DNA from: Candidatus Woesearchaeota archaeon | Lineage (GTDB): Archaea; Nanobdellota; Nanobdellia; Pacearchaeales; UBA12030 | Assembly: GCA_964361585.1 (NCBI GenBank) | Contig: CAYIBB010000003.1 | Coordinates: forward strand, 1-40,816 | DNA: 40,816 nt | Direction of reading: 5' to 3' | Part shown: positions 8,362-17,742 of the stretch, piece after piece | Position numbering within the stretch: position 1 is the first letter of the stretch | Layout of the letters: each line of letters starts with the position of its first letter | Position numbers and translations under genes: made by a program | Notes under the pieces: generated by a model | The model's database searches: none | What the model was told of the DNA's origin: nothing | Seen by the model: the letters and a program-made list of their open reading frames with translations, nothing else

Positions 8362-8985
8362 ATGAGAATTAATAGAAGAGAATTTCTGAAGGTGACTTAT
8401 TACGCGATATTGGGTGTGGGAGGAATGGGAATTGGTGCTCTTGCTTTAAATAAATCATCAAAACACGAAAAGGAATCCAAGTTAGAGAAGGCGACTTTAG
8501 GTGCAGGCTGCTTTTGGTGTGTGGAAGCTGTCTTTGAAAGACTTAAAGGAGTAAGCTCAGTAATTGCAGGCTATACGGGAGGAACTAAACCAAATCCAAC
8601 TTATGAAGAAGTCTTTTTTGGAAATATAGGATATGTGGAAGTAGCACAAATTACCTTCGATCCCAAAAAGATAAATTACGAGAAACTACTTGACACTTTT
8701 TGGAAATGCCATGATCCCACAACCCTAAACAAGCAAGGTCCAGATACTGGCGAGCAATATAAGTCAGTAATTTTCTATCATAATGAAAGGCAAAGGATTG
8801 TTGTAGAAAAATCAAAGAAAGAGGCTCAGAAAATGTTCGCTGACAGAATAGTCACAGAAATCAGGCCTCTAAAGAATTTCTATAAGGCAGAGGAGTATCA
8901 CCAAGATTATTATAAAAATAATCCAAGAGCACCTTACTGTGCCATGGTAATTAGACCTAAATTGAAGAAATTAAAATTAGAGTGA
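8362..8985 (+). CDS. msrA: peptide methionine sulfoxide reductase A with a Tat-like signal peptide
   Basis: GAGCFWCVE, HDPT and AEEYHQDYY motifs; N-terminal NRREFLK plus hydrophobic stretch. Confidence 0.93.
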   Translation: MRINRREFLKVTYYAILGVGGMGIGALALNKSSKHEKESKLEKATLGAGCFWCVEAVFERLKGVSSVIAGYTGGTKPNPTYEEVFFGNIGYVEVAQITFDPKKINYEKLLDTFWKCHDPTTLNKQGPDTGEQYKSVIFYHNERQRIVVEKSKKEAQKMFADRIVTEIRPLKNFYKAEEYHQDYYKNNPRAPYCAMVIRPKLKKLKLE

Positions 8986-9017
8986 AAGGTATTTAAAGTT
9001 TAATTTTTATTAAGTAA

Positions 9018-9467
9018 ATGGCTGATAGGTATAGAGTTGAGAAACAAAGAGAGGGGAGATTAAAGTACGAAAAAGTAAAACAAGAAGTGTATACGATACT
9101 AAATTCTGCATCAAATATTTTGATTGGATTAGGGGAAAGTATTGAAAAAGAACAAAAGACGGCAAAGACAAAAAGGCCTTCTTCGTATAAAGAAGGAGAA
9201 GAACTTGGATTATATGGGAAACAGCTTTCTGGATTAAGAGACTCTGTAAGGGGAACTGTTGAACAATTAAGAAAAGTCAACTTAGCACTTGCGCTTCATG
9301 ATAATGGTATAAATGCTTCGGGGATACTTAACGATACCCTTAATCATTATCTTTTTTTAGAGTATTTTAGTGGGACTAAATTTGTAAATGACGCGCAACG
9401 AGCAAGGAATTTGATAAAGCAAGCACTAAATACCCTATATGAGTGGCAAAGAAAGGTGGAAGAATAA
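9018..9467 (+). CDS. hypothetical helical protein
   Basis: 149 aa ORF filling the gap, TATA-like element upstream, convergent with radA. Confidence 0.65.
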   Translation: MADRYRVEKQREGRLKYEKVKQEVYTILNSASNILIGLGESIEKEQKTAKTKRPSSYKEGEELGLYGKQLSGLRDSVRGTVEQLRKVNLALALHDNGINASGILNDTLNHYLFLEYFSGTKFVNDAQRARNLIKQALNTLYEWQRKVEE

Positions 9468-9469
9468 GA

Positions 9470-10432
9470 TCACTTATCTCTAATACCCTCTGCCTTAAGA
9501 TAGAAAACAGCCTCTGCTTCTGGCAAGTTAGGACTGTCAATGAGCTTTGCAACTCTGCTCTCTCCCTTGCCTTTTCTAAAGTATAGTCTAAATGTCGAAG
9601 CGTGCGCGAGGATGTGTCCCCCAATAGCTGCAGTAGGATCTCCGAATAAAATGTCAGGCCTAGACATGACTTGATTTGTAATGTAAACTGCAAGATTGTG
9701 AGCATCAGCGAGCTTTTGTAACTGATGTAAATGTTTATTCAACTTCTGCTGCCTTTCTGCCAGTGTTCCTCGACCAACAAACTCACTTCTAAAAAGAGAC
9801 ATTAAACTATCAACCACAATAAGCTTAACATTATTTCCCTCTCTAATTAAATCAGAAACTTTCTCGGCGAGAAGCATTTGGTGATCACTCGAATGTGCTC
9901 TAGCAACTAAAACATTCTTTAGAGCTTGATCTACTTTCAACCCAAAGGCCTGCGAAATTTGTCTAATTCTTTCTGGCCTAAATGTAGCCTCAGTATCAAT
10001 ATATACAGCCATTCCATTTGCCCCTCCCTTTTCTTTAGGAAACTGTACAGTACATGCTAAAGAATGTCCTACTTGTGTTTTCCCAGAACCGAATGCACCA
10101 AATGCTTCTGTAATGGCTTTAGTCTCTACACCTCCTCCTAGCAATGCATCTAAATTAACGCTCCCAGTAGTTATCTTGATTACTTCCTTCCGCCTTTCAA
10201 GAACTTTACTGGCATCTGCAAATCCTAAATCAAGAGCATTCCTTGCTGCAATTATTGTCTTTCGTGCAACACTCTCGCTTACCTCAGCCAACTGTGTCAA
10301 TTCTCTGGGAGAAAGAACTGCGATACTCATTAAATCTCCATGTCCACTCTCAATTAGCTTTTTGGCAGTCACCTCTCCTATGCCAGGCAAATCAGTTAAC
10401 TCCAAAGGTTCCTTTTCGCCCTTTTCAGCCAT
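9470..10432 (-). CDS. radA: DNA repair and recombination protein RadA
   Basis: N-terminal HhH (LPGIG), Walker [43 protein letters not shown]. Confidence 0.97.
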   Translation of the reverse strand: MAEKGEKEPLELTDLPGIGEVTAKKLIESGHGDLMSIAVLSPRELTQLAEVSESVARKTIIAARNALDLGFADASKVLERRKEVIKITTGSVNLDALLGGGVETKAITEAFGAFGSGKTQVGHSLACTVQFPKEKGGANGMAVYIDTEATFRPERIRQISQAFGLKVDQALKNVLVARAHSSDHQMLLAEKVSDLIREGNNVKLIVVDSLMSLFRSEFVGRGTLAERQQKLNKHLHQLQKLADAHNLAVYITNQVMSRPDILFGDPTAAIGGHILAHASTFRLYFRKGKGESRVAKLIDSPNLPEAEAVFYLKAEGIRDK

Positions 10433-10625
10433 GTTCTTTCTAGGGACTCAATATTTATAAAGATTTATATCTGAGAAGAGATTTTACCAAAAGTAAAAAT
10501 TTATAAGATTTTCTTTGTTCATTAAATAGGGTTAGAATGGATAATCAATATGTTCTTAGAGCCATAAGTGAGATAGATTCTATTGCTGGTGGTCGAAATG
10601 GTGCTATTGCAAGATATAAGGCTTT

Positions 10626-10856
10626 ATGAGTGGGGAGTCTTACAATGGATTAGAAGAAAAATTTAAGGCCTTGACATTAGATGAGGCACTAGTTCTTGCA
10701 AAAGAAGAAGAAAGTAGATGGAGAAAGGAAGCCACCAACTTGCCTGCAGACTTTATCTTAGGGGCAGGTGATTCAATACAAATAGACCCAGAAGCAGCTC
10801 CAAATGTTTTATCAAATGAAACTTTTTGGGCAGGAATAGTTGAGTATAATGTATAA
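10626..10856 (+). CDS. hypothetical protein (possibly the 3' part of a gene starting at 10537)
   Basis: 76 aa ORF; a 30-codon ORF 10537-10629 overlaps it by ATGA. Confidence 0.5.
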   Translation: MSGESYNGLEEKFKALTLDEALVLAKEEESRWRKEATNLPADFILGAGDSIQIDPEAAPNVLSNETFWAGIVEYNV

Positions 10857-10883
10857 ACAATCAAAAATAAATAATGAAAGGAG

Positions 10884-11225
10884 GTGAAAATGGATAAGAA
10901 ATACAAAATAGCATTAGGAGTAATGATTGGATTACTATTAATTTCAGTAATTACTAATCTATATTTGCTACAGGCAGCGGTTATAGGTGAAACACATGTT
11001 TTGAGATATGAGAAAATAAGATTTATGGATAGGCTTCCTTTGGAATTGGCTGTTCTTGGCTTTCCTGAAGGTACATACGTAATAGCCATTAGCGGCTCAA
11101 GCACCGACCCAGATATAGTAGAAATTGATTTTACAAGAAATTTAACTTCGAATGAAAGAAATGAAATTATAAAAGTGATGGATACTATGGAGTACATAGA
11201 GTATCAACTAAAAACAGAAAATTAG
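10884..11225 (+). CDS. hypothetical membrane-anchored or secreted protein (probable start 10890)
   Basis: GGAGGTG RBS; N-terminal basic residues plus hydrophobic helix. Confidence 0.7.
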   Translation: MKMDKKYKIALGVMIGLLLISVITNLYLLQAAVIGETHVLRYEKIRFMDRLPLELAVLGFPEGTYVIAISGSSTDPDIVEIDFTRNLTSNERNEIIKVMDTMEYIEYQLKTEN

Positions 11226-11342
11226 AGAAAATTATAACTTTTGGGTTCTTGTTATAACAAAGTTTAACAGGAACCTTTTTAATTGTTAAAATAAAAATGA
11301 AGTTCAAATGTGAAATTTGCAAATTCACTTATGATGTCATAG

Positions 11343-11630
11343 ATGAATATTTTGACTTTGAGTAGCCCAAATAGTAAATGGGTGGAGTATAATGCTTCGG
11401 CAGAACTATACCAACTTTTGGGTGAAATTTTAAGTTATGCAAAAAGGAATCCTGATCAGGAAATACCCATACCAACTATACCGGTTAGAAAAACAGATTT
11501 TGGTGTACATAGTTATATGAGAAGGTGGCTAGGTCTCATGACGGTTGTAAATCAAAGAGGAATAAATGCTAACGATTTACAATCGATACTACAATATTCT
11601 GGAGATTTGGGAATTTCATTTACTCGTTAA
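11343..11630 (+). CDS. hypothetical protein
   Basis: 95 aa ORF convergent with RPA; no recognisable motif. Confidence 0.45.
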   Translation: MNILTLSSPNSKWVEYNASAELYQLLGEILSYAKRNPDQEIPIPTIPVRKTDFGVHSYMRRWLGLMTVVNQRGINANDLQSILQYSGDLGISFTR

Positions 11631-12598
11631 ATCTCCCTGTTAAATTCTTCAATAAGCTTTTCATAGTCAACATCTAAAACATTACTGACAATAAATTCCA
11701 TTCTATTAAAGGCTGCATTCTTCCTTACTCTGCCTTCAAAAAATCTTTCTTCTCCCAAAAGTTCTTCCTTAAATCTAGAAAAGTCCTCTTTCAGAGAAGC
11801 AAGTTTATCCTCAGAAATTTTCAAAAGTCTCAAGATAGAGTCAGAAAAGCATACCGCCCTTACATTTCCAAAACCATCATCAATAACAGAATTTAATATA
11901 GGGAGCCAATTAGGAGACACTTCCTCATGTTCCTTACATAGAAATTTATCTCCTAGAGGTGAAAGTCTCTGATTACATAAAGGACAAACAGCAAAGAAAT
12001 TAGGATCAAAAATCTGTACGATTGTAGCTCTCACTGCTATTCTATCACCTTCCTGCAAATCAGATATTTTCTTTGTTGAGAGTGTAATGCCTACTTTCAC
12101 ACCCTCAAGTTTTTCATCGCTCAAAGCAATGGAACTTTTACCGCTTAAGTGCAACTCTTTAACATCAACGCCTCGGACATCAACGTCTCTTAGTACTATA
12201 GTGTCACTTTCCTTTAATTTACCTTCTTCGAAAAGAGCTATATGATTTGTATCCCATAATACTACGCGGACAGAAGAGGTATCATCAGCAATGAATAGAT
12301 TCATGACTTTCCCTTCTCCTCCTTTTCCTTGCTGAAATGTCCTTACAGGATAGATTCTAATGATCTTACCCACAACCTCTATATTGCGCATGCCAACAAG
12401 AAGTTCAGAAATTTTGACTCTTTTTTTATCAAACTTTACTCCAAGTTCTGAGGCCACTATAAGTGCAGCTCCCTCAAGACTAACAAGACCACTCAAAATA
12501 ACTTGCTTCTCCTTTACTTTCCTATCAACCTCTGTCTCAGTAACACTAGCTTCTTGTGCAATTCTTTTGATGAATTCATCATAGCGCGCCTTAAGCAT
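11627..12598 (-). CDS. rpa: replication protein A / ssDNA-binding protein (two OB folds plus Zn finger)
   Basis: EGAALIVASELGV N-terminus, IADDTSSVRVVLW OB motif, CPLC...CKEH, IDDGFG. Confidence 0.88.
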   Translation of the reverse strand: MLKARYDEFIKRIAQEASVTETEVDRKVKEKQVILSGLVSLEGAALIVASELGVKFDKKRVKISELLVGMRNIEVVGKIIRIYPVRTFQQGKGGEGKVMNLFIADDTSSVRVVLWDTNHIALFEEGKLKESDTIVLRDVDVRGVDVKELHLSGKSSIALSDEKLEGVKVGITLSTKKISDLQEGDRIAVRATIVQIFDPNFFAVCPLCNQRLSPLGDKFLCKEHEEVSPNWLPILNSVIDDGFGNVRAVCFSDSILRLLKISEDKLASLKEDFSRFKEELLGEERFFEGRVRKNAAFNRMEFIVSNVLDVDYEKLIEEFNREI

Positions 12599-12650
12599 TT
12601 TGCCCCTTTAAAGCCTCTAGTAATGGAGTAAAGAAATGTTTATATAATTT

Positions 12651-13466
12651 TCACTGCAGAGCAAACTTGAATTCTAAAGGTGAAAAGCCATTGGAATGAA
12701 AGTAATTCTTCCTTGTAGTAAAGGTATATACCACAATGCTGCCATTCTTTTCAAGACTAAAGTTAAAAAAACTCGATTTTCCTTGGAGCTCTTTATCTAC
12801 GCAATTCAGAATTTCACTCTCGCTTTTACATTTTTCAAATGAATTTTTGCCTAAGGTGTAGAGATTTTCTACTTCATCAAGAGAAAAGTCTAGTTCAGAA
12901 GAAAAGGAAAAGTCTATCTCATACTTAAGACTCGAGTGGAGATAAGTCACTCTTTCTTTGGATTTAGCCTCTAAAGCCTTGCCATCAAATGCATACTCAA
13001 AATTTTCTTTGGCCTGCTTAGAAATAATTCCACTGTAAGCTTCCTCTGAGATTCCCTTATCTAGTGTCAAGAATGAACTCTTATATGAATCAAGATGTAA
13101 ATTAAATTCTCCTTCAAATTTATTTTCAAAAACTTCCTTAGATTTTTCAACATCCGGCCTACATGCGGTATAAAGAACAATGCCATTAAAATGCTCACAA
13201 TTTCCAATATTAGGAAAATCCTGCAAGAGTTCAGAAAGTGTTTGCTGCATTGCTAAATCAGCAGATTCCTCCAGATAGTGTCTAGCCTCTCTAGCCTCAG
13301 ATTGCACATTGAGGAAAGCAAGAGGCTGCATAACTTCTCTTTCAATTTTTCCTGCAGGTTTAGTAATAATTAAGTAAAGCGAAAAAGTTACAGCAAGAAC
13401 TACTGCTAATGTTATGCCAAGAGCAAATATCTTTCCTCTTTTATTCAAATTTGGATTTAAATACAT
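12651..13466 (-). CDS. class III signal peptide (minor pilin-like) protein
   Basis: LNKRG|KIFALGITLAVVLAV followed by a soluble Cys-containing domain. Confidence 0.75.
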   Translation of the reverse strand: MYLNPNLNKRGKIFALGITLAVVLAVTFSLYLIITKPAGKIEREVMQPLAFLNVQSEAREARHYLEESADLAMQQTLSELLQDFPNIGNCEHFNGIVLYTACRPDVEKSKEVFENKFEGEFNLHLDSYKSSFLTLDKGISEEAYSGIISKQAKENFEYAFDGKALEAKSKERVTYLHSSLKYEIDFSFSSELDFSLDEVENLYTLGKNSFEKCKSESEILNCVDKELQGKSSFFNFSLEKNGSIVVYTFTTRKNYFHSNGFSPLEFKFALQ

Positions 13467-13999
13467 TTTATATCACATACTTCGATGGAATTTTCTCGAA
13501 GGCAAGTCAGATAATAATTTTCGTAAGTGATTTTAGAATTAGGCAGAGTGATTTTAGCCGCCACGGGCTTCTTTATTATTGAGATTAGTATTTCTTTTAA
13601 TTCTAGATCTGCCTCTGCAAGCTTCTCATTTTTACCCCCATACTTAAGTTCAAGTGAATAGCATTTTCCATAAAGCTTTCCTAAAGTCGAGTCAGTTTCC
13701 TGCTTCAGTATAGAAAAATCTCCGTTTGAAATAGATATTGAGATCAAATTCTGCATGTTGATTTGCTGTTTTACTCCACTAGACTCATACTCTAAAGGCG
13801 TATTAAGATAAGAAATTAATTCCTGTGAATTCTCTAGATTACTTCTGGAGAACTTTATTATTTCAACTTCCTTACTCTTGAAAGGAACTAGCACAAAGTA
13901 AAATCCTGTAAGAATGAATAAAATTATTATTGTAGCCATAATTAATGCAAATAGTGACCCTAAAAGTCCTCTCTTATTAGTTAATTTGCGGAGCATCAT
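13457..13999 (-). CDS. class III signal peptide (minor pilin-like) protein
   Basis: TNKRG|LLGSLFALIMATIIILFI. Confidence 0.78.
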   Translation of the reverse strand: MMLRKLTNKRGLLGSLFALIMATIIILFILTGFYFVLVPFKSKEVEIIKFSRSNLENSQELISYLNTPLEYESSGVKQQINMQNLISISISNGDFSILKQETDSTLGKLYGKCYSLELKYGGKNEKLAEADLELKEILISIIKKPVAAKITLPNSKITYENYYLTCLRENSIEVCDIKCI

Positions 14000-14000
14000 T

Positions 14001-14516
14001 TTATTTATTTAGTTTAATTAAACTTTTCTCAAAAACCTCTTTTTTAGTTACAATTTTTTCTATCAACTGAGCCCTATAGATAGTATCAACATCCCTCACA
14101 AGAACATATTCTTTGTTCTCTGCACAATATGGAACATTTTGACCTTCTAACACACATAGAGGAGAGAGAACATCAAATTTCTCAGACTCAATTTCCATAT
14201 CCTCTCGTGTATCTAAAAAGTCTAACTTAACAGAAAGTTCTACATTTTCAGAGTCTATACATTTTTCGAGGATTTCTTTGTTAAAATTACTTAACTCAAT
14301 AACTCCCTCTTCGGCAAAGCAGTTTGGTAACCTCATTGCCACAATACTACTCTCAACAGGCCTTACATCAACATCTCTGCCGAAATGCGAGTTAACGATG
14401 AAAGCAATGACAAGAGCAGAAAGCGTTAACAAGATAATTCTATAAAGCCACAAAATAAGATCCCCTAACTCAAAGATTCCCTTCTTGTTCATTATGTTAT
14501 TCCTTGCTTTATTCAT
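14001..14516 (-). CDS. class III signal peptide (minor pilin-like) protein (start moved from 14561)
   Basis: MNKKG|IFELGDLILWLYRIILL; four Cys in the soluble part. Confidence 0.78.
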   Translation of the reverse strand: MNKARNNIMNKKGIFELGDLILWLYRIILLTLSALVIAFIVNSHFGRDVDVRPVESSIVAMRLPNCFAEEGVIELSNFNKEILEKCIDSENVELSVKLDFLDTREDMEIESEKFDVLSPLCVLEGQNVPYCAENKEYVLVRDVDTIYRAQLIEKIVTKKEVFEKSLIKLNK

Positions 14517-14883
14517 TTTTAATTGAAAAGATAATTTTATTTTCTTCTTCAGTCTTATCAATTTTAACTTCCTTGTTAGTTATTAAGTAGTATTCAAAAG
14601 TTGTTTCATCAACCTTGACTATCATCTTATTAATAGACTCTATATCAAAAACCTCATGCTCACCCTTCTCAAAATCCAACTGCGCATTAGAATTTTTATC
14701 AATTCCAGAAGACGCATCTAGCCATAATGCAGTAGTTTTAGCTTTAATCTGCGTCAAAATAAGCCTATTCTCAGCTGCTCCACCAATATAATAATAAAGT
14801 GTAAGGAGAATGAAGGCAGTAAATATTAAATAAGTCAAAGTCAAGAGCAATTCTGCAAATACCCCTTTTTTGTTTTTTATCAT
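14509..14883 (-). CDS. class III signal peptide (minor pilin-like) protein
   Basis: MIKNKKG|VFAELLLTLTYLIF. Confidence 0.78.
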   Translation of the reverse strand: MIKNKKGVFAELLLTLTYLIFTAFILLTLYYYIGGAAENRLILTQIKAKTTALWLDASSGIDKNSNAQLDFEKGEHEVFDIESINKMIVKVDETTFEYYLITNKEVKIDKTEEENKIIFSIKNE

Positions 14884-14901
14884 TTTGTATTATTTAACAG
14901 A

Positions 14902-15945
14902 TTAAACATTTTGACTAAGCTTTTCATATCTTGCCATTACTTCCTCTACAAAATAAGCTTGGTTTGGAGAACATCCTAATCCGTTATACCCTCTGAGAGC
15001 TGCTTTCCATCCAGTATAAGTTACTGTCCTTCCAACACACTTAAAGATTATTCCATTTTTATGCAGATCATAATTATTCTTCAATATTTCTACACCTTTC
15101 TTAATATTTTCCTCAGGGATAAAACACAAAGGAATGAAACTTTCTCTACCTTTAATTTTGTAATTAACTTGCATGAGTCCACATGAACTTCCACTATCAG
15201 CATCTTTGTTACAGCTGGATTCCTGCATCATCAATGCCACGATAAGTAATGGATCTGGTATTTCATATTGCACCGAGTATTGTGTTATCCATTTAGCATA
15301 AGAATCGCACTCAGTTCCGCAATTACATTTCCTATTTCCTAAAGAGTTTTCTTTTGCATAATTTAATGCATTAAGAACTTCTAATTCACTTCTAGATTTT
15401 ACTTCAACTTCTGCTGCCTTAACAGATTCATATTTCTTCTCGAGTTTTTCAACGCTTAATATGAGATTTTCATTCTCGGAGATATAAAACTCATAAAATC
15501 CGCTCTCAATTCTTACCTGTTCTTCTTTATCAACAACTTTCTCCCTAACATTTTTAGGCATAATTTTACAGAATCCTTTATCTTCACAATTATCTCCTAA
15601 AAGATCGTCTTTACATACACAAAGACAGGCTTCATCAAGACAGCTTCCTAAACTCTTTCCCTTATCAAAGCCTTTAACTAACCATCCGTCCTCAACAAAA
15701 CACAATTCGGATTTTTCTTCATCTGAAATTTCATTCAGTGTGAGAATTTTTTCTGTAAGCTCCCTAAAGCACGCTTTAGTAATCCTACCATCCTCTGAAG
15801 GGAAAAAGACACTATAAAGATTCAAGAAAAAAGTGAATAGTATAACTAAAACAGCAGCACCTATTATCAGACCAATTATAGTCTTTAACAAAATTAGTCC
15901 TTTATGTTCTGAACCCTTGCTTCTCTTTATCCCTCTTTTTGGCAT
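14902..15945 (-). CDS. pilin-like protein fused to an SLT-family lytic transglycosylase domain
   Basis: N-terminal HKG|LILLKTIIGLIIG; Cys-rich middle; C-terminal ALMMQESS (catalytic Glu), CGLMQV, PEENIKKGVEIL, ALRGYNG. Confidence 0.88.
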   Translation of the reverse strand: MPKRGIKRSKGSEHKGLILLKTIIGLIIGAAVLVILFTFFLNLYSVFFPSEDGRITKACFRELTEKILTLNEISDEEKSELCFVEDGWLVKGFDKGKSLGSCLDEACLCVCKDDLLGDNCEDKGFCKIMPKNVREKVVDKEEQVRIESGFYEFYISENENLILSVEKLEKKYESVKAAEVEVKSRSELEVLNALNYAKENSLGNRKCNCGTECDSYAKWITQYSVQYEIPDPLLIVALMMQESSCNKDADSGSSCGLMQVNYKIKGRESFIPLCFIPEENIKKGVEILKNNYDLHKNGIIFKCVGRTVTYTGWKAALRGYNGLGCSPNQAYFVEEVMARYEKLSQNV

Positions 15946-15988
15946 AACACTAGAAAGAGGATGCTTATTTAAAATTTGTTCGTTTTAC

Positions 15989-16174
15989 TCAAGGTTGCTT
16001 CGGTATCGTTTCATTAGCAAATCCTAGAGCTTGCTTTACGTAGAAGGAAATCTGTTCAAATATCTTGCCAAATTGTCCTGTAACGAACAAAAGGATTATA
16101 ACAAGTACAAATAAAGCTAGAATTACAATAATTAAAGTGTTAATAGTAAGCTCAACTCCTCTCTTTCCTTGCAT
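15989..16174 (-). CDS. very short Flp-like pilin
   Basis: MQGKRG|VELTINTLIIVILALFVLVIILLF; 61 aa. Confidence 0.8.
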   Translation of the reverse strand: MQGKRGVELTINTLIIVILALFVLVIILLFVTGQFGKIFEQISFYVKQALGFANETIPKQP

Positions 16175-16178
16175 TTTA

Positions 16179-16481
16179 TTACGAGCATGTTATTCCTGGA
16201 CAACTAACTCCTAAATCTGGGCAATTCTGCTCTTGTTCTTTTCCTATTATCTTGATTTTCTTACAGAAAGCTATTTTTGACTCGGTTGAGCATAAGGCCC
16301 TACACTGTTCAACTGCAACGTCTTCACTTGATACTGCTGGTCTGTAAAATATCTCCTTTATCTTTTGCGTAAGCTGTGCTGTCCCGCCTGTAAAAGTTAA
16401 GGTTAATATAACTAAAACTAACAATGTAAGAATTATCACTATTAAGGTTGACGATGTTATCTCAACTCCTTTTTTGTTCAT
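16179..16481 (-). CDS. short pilin with a 6-Cys C-terminal head
   Basis: MNKKG|VEITSSTLIVIILTLLVLVIL; CRALC...FC...C...C...C. Confidence 0.8.
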   Translation of the reverse strand: MNKKGVEITSSTLIVIILTLLVLVILTLTFTGGTAQLTQKIKEIFYRPAVSSEDVAVEQCRALCSTESKIAFCKKIKIIGKEQEQNCPDLGVSCPGITCS

Positions 16482-16533
16482 TTTCCTCTTTTATGCTTTA
16501 ACTCAGCCTTTGTGATTTTTAAATATTTCTATA

Positions 16534-17547
16534 TCAACATACTTTGAGCTGATCTTGAAGAGACTTACAATTTTCGCCTGTGAATTTTACTCTATCAAGT
16601 ATAGACTTAGAGATATAACATACAGGATTTTTGCCTCTTTCTCCTGCTTCTATAGCTGAGGTTGAAGTGTAAATCATAAATGTAAGATGAGGAATTTCCT
16701 CTTCCATAGTATTGCCAGTATACCCTGTTCGTGCAATAAGTTGTCCCTTACTAACTACCTTCCCTGGCTCAACAAAGTTCATAAGGTCGCTCAAGTGAGA
16801 ATAAAGCGAAAACAGATTCGTTGAGTGTCTTAAAAGAATGAAGTTTCCATATCCATTTCCACATTTTAGTTCGCCTTCCTTACACTCGCTCTGTAATGCC
16901 ACAACTACTCCATCAGCTGCGACAAAAACTTCAGTTCCCCGAGTTGCTGGAATATCAATTGCGTCATAAAATCTGCTATCAAGCATGCCATAGCAGGCAT
17001 TTACTGTGAGAACATTTGTAGGCCACGTCAATTCTGGATTTTTCTCTCTGAAGCTATTGCCCTCCAAAACTAATCGGCGTATGTCATAAGCAATTACATT
17101 ATTATCCTTAACTTCCTTGACTTCTACAATAAACTCATTTGCCTTTTTAAGTTCTAAAGTAAATTCACCTTTCCAGAACTTCGGACTGAAAGCTCGAAAG
17201 AAGCCTGAAAGGGTATCACTTTTTGTATCTAGAGTCTTACCATCCTGCACAGCCCTAACAAATACTTCAACATCCTTGCCTTTGAGGTCAGTTCCCTTAT
17301 CAAGAAGCTGAACTGTTACTTTGCAATTACCATTGCATTCTACACTTACGTCATTAATAAGGCTTCTTGTAAGCTGTTGAAATTGCACTTTTTCTGGATT
17401 CTGTTCTTCTCTTTCTGGAAAGAATGGCTTGAGAAGTTGTTGGTTGAACTTGATAAATAATACTACAACTAACACTATGACTACTATAACTAAAATTATT
17501 TCAATTAATTTATTTATAGGTAACTCAACTCCTCTCTTATCTAACAT
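16534..17547 (-). CDS. pilin-like protein fused to an M23 (LytM) peptidase domain with degenerate Zn ligands
   Basis: MLDKRG|VELPINKLIE; YDAIDIPATRGTEVFVAADGVV, GYGNFILLRH, YSHLS, VSKGQLIARTGYTG, PHLTF. Confidence 0.88.
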   Translation of the reverse strand: MLDKRGVELPINKLIEIILVIVVIVLVVVLFIKFNQQLLKPFFPEREEQNPEKVQFQQLTRSLINDVSVECNGNCKVTVQLLDKGTDLKGKDVEVFVRAVQDGKTLDTKSDTLSGFFRAFSPKFWKGEFTLELKKANEFIVEVKEVKDNNVIAYDIRRLVLEGNSFREKNPELTWPTNVLTVNACYGMLDSRFYDAIDIPATRGTEVFVAADGVVVALQSECKEGELKCGNGYGNFILLRHSTNLFSLYSHLSDLMNFVEPGKVVSKGQLIARTGYTGNTMEEEIPHLTFMIYTSTSAIEAGERGKNPVCYISKSILDRVKFTGENCKSLQDQLKVC

Positions 17548-17553
17548 CTTACT

Positions 17554-17706
17554 TTACTGTCCAAACCTAAAAAGATTTAATATGCTATCAATAATGTTGA
17601 CTCCTTTTTCTCTCATCAGATAGATTGCAAGAATTAAAAAAACTAGGGCTACGAGTGCGAGAATCCAATATGCTAGCTGATCAAGTTCAAAGGCTCCTCT
17701 TTTCAT
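17554..17706 (-). CDS. very short Flp-like pilin, 50 aa, missed by the ORF track
   Basis: Own translation MKRG|AFELDQLAYWILALVALVFLILAIYLMREKGVNIIDSILNLFRFGQ*; fills the operon gap. Confidence 0.8.
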   Translation of the reverse strand: MKRGAFELDQLAYWILALVALVFLILAIYLMREKGVNIIDSILNLFRFGQ

Positions 17707-17742
17707 TTTTGAGTTTTGTTTTTGATTTTAATTAGATTAAAA

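Noticed and set aside
11232-11257. Inverted repeat TTATAAC...GTTATAA
   Set aside because: Short and AT-rich; could be an operator or terminator but is not distinguishable from chance
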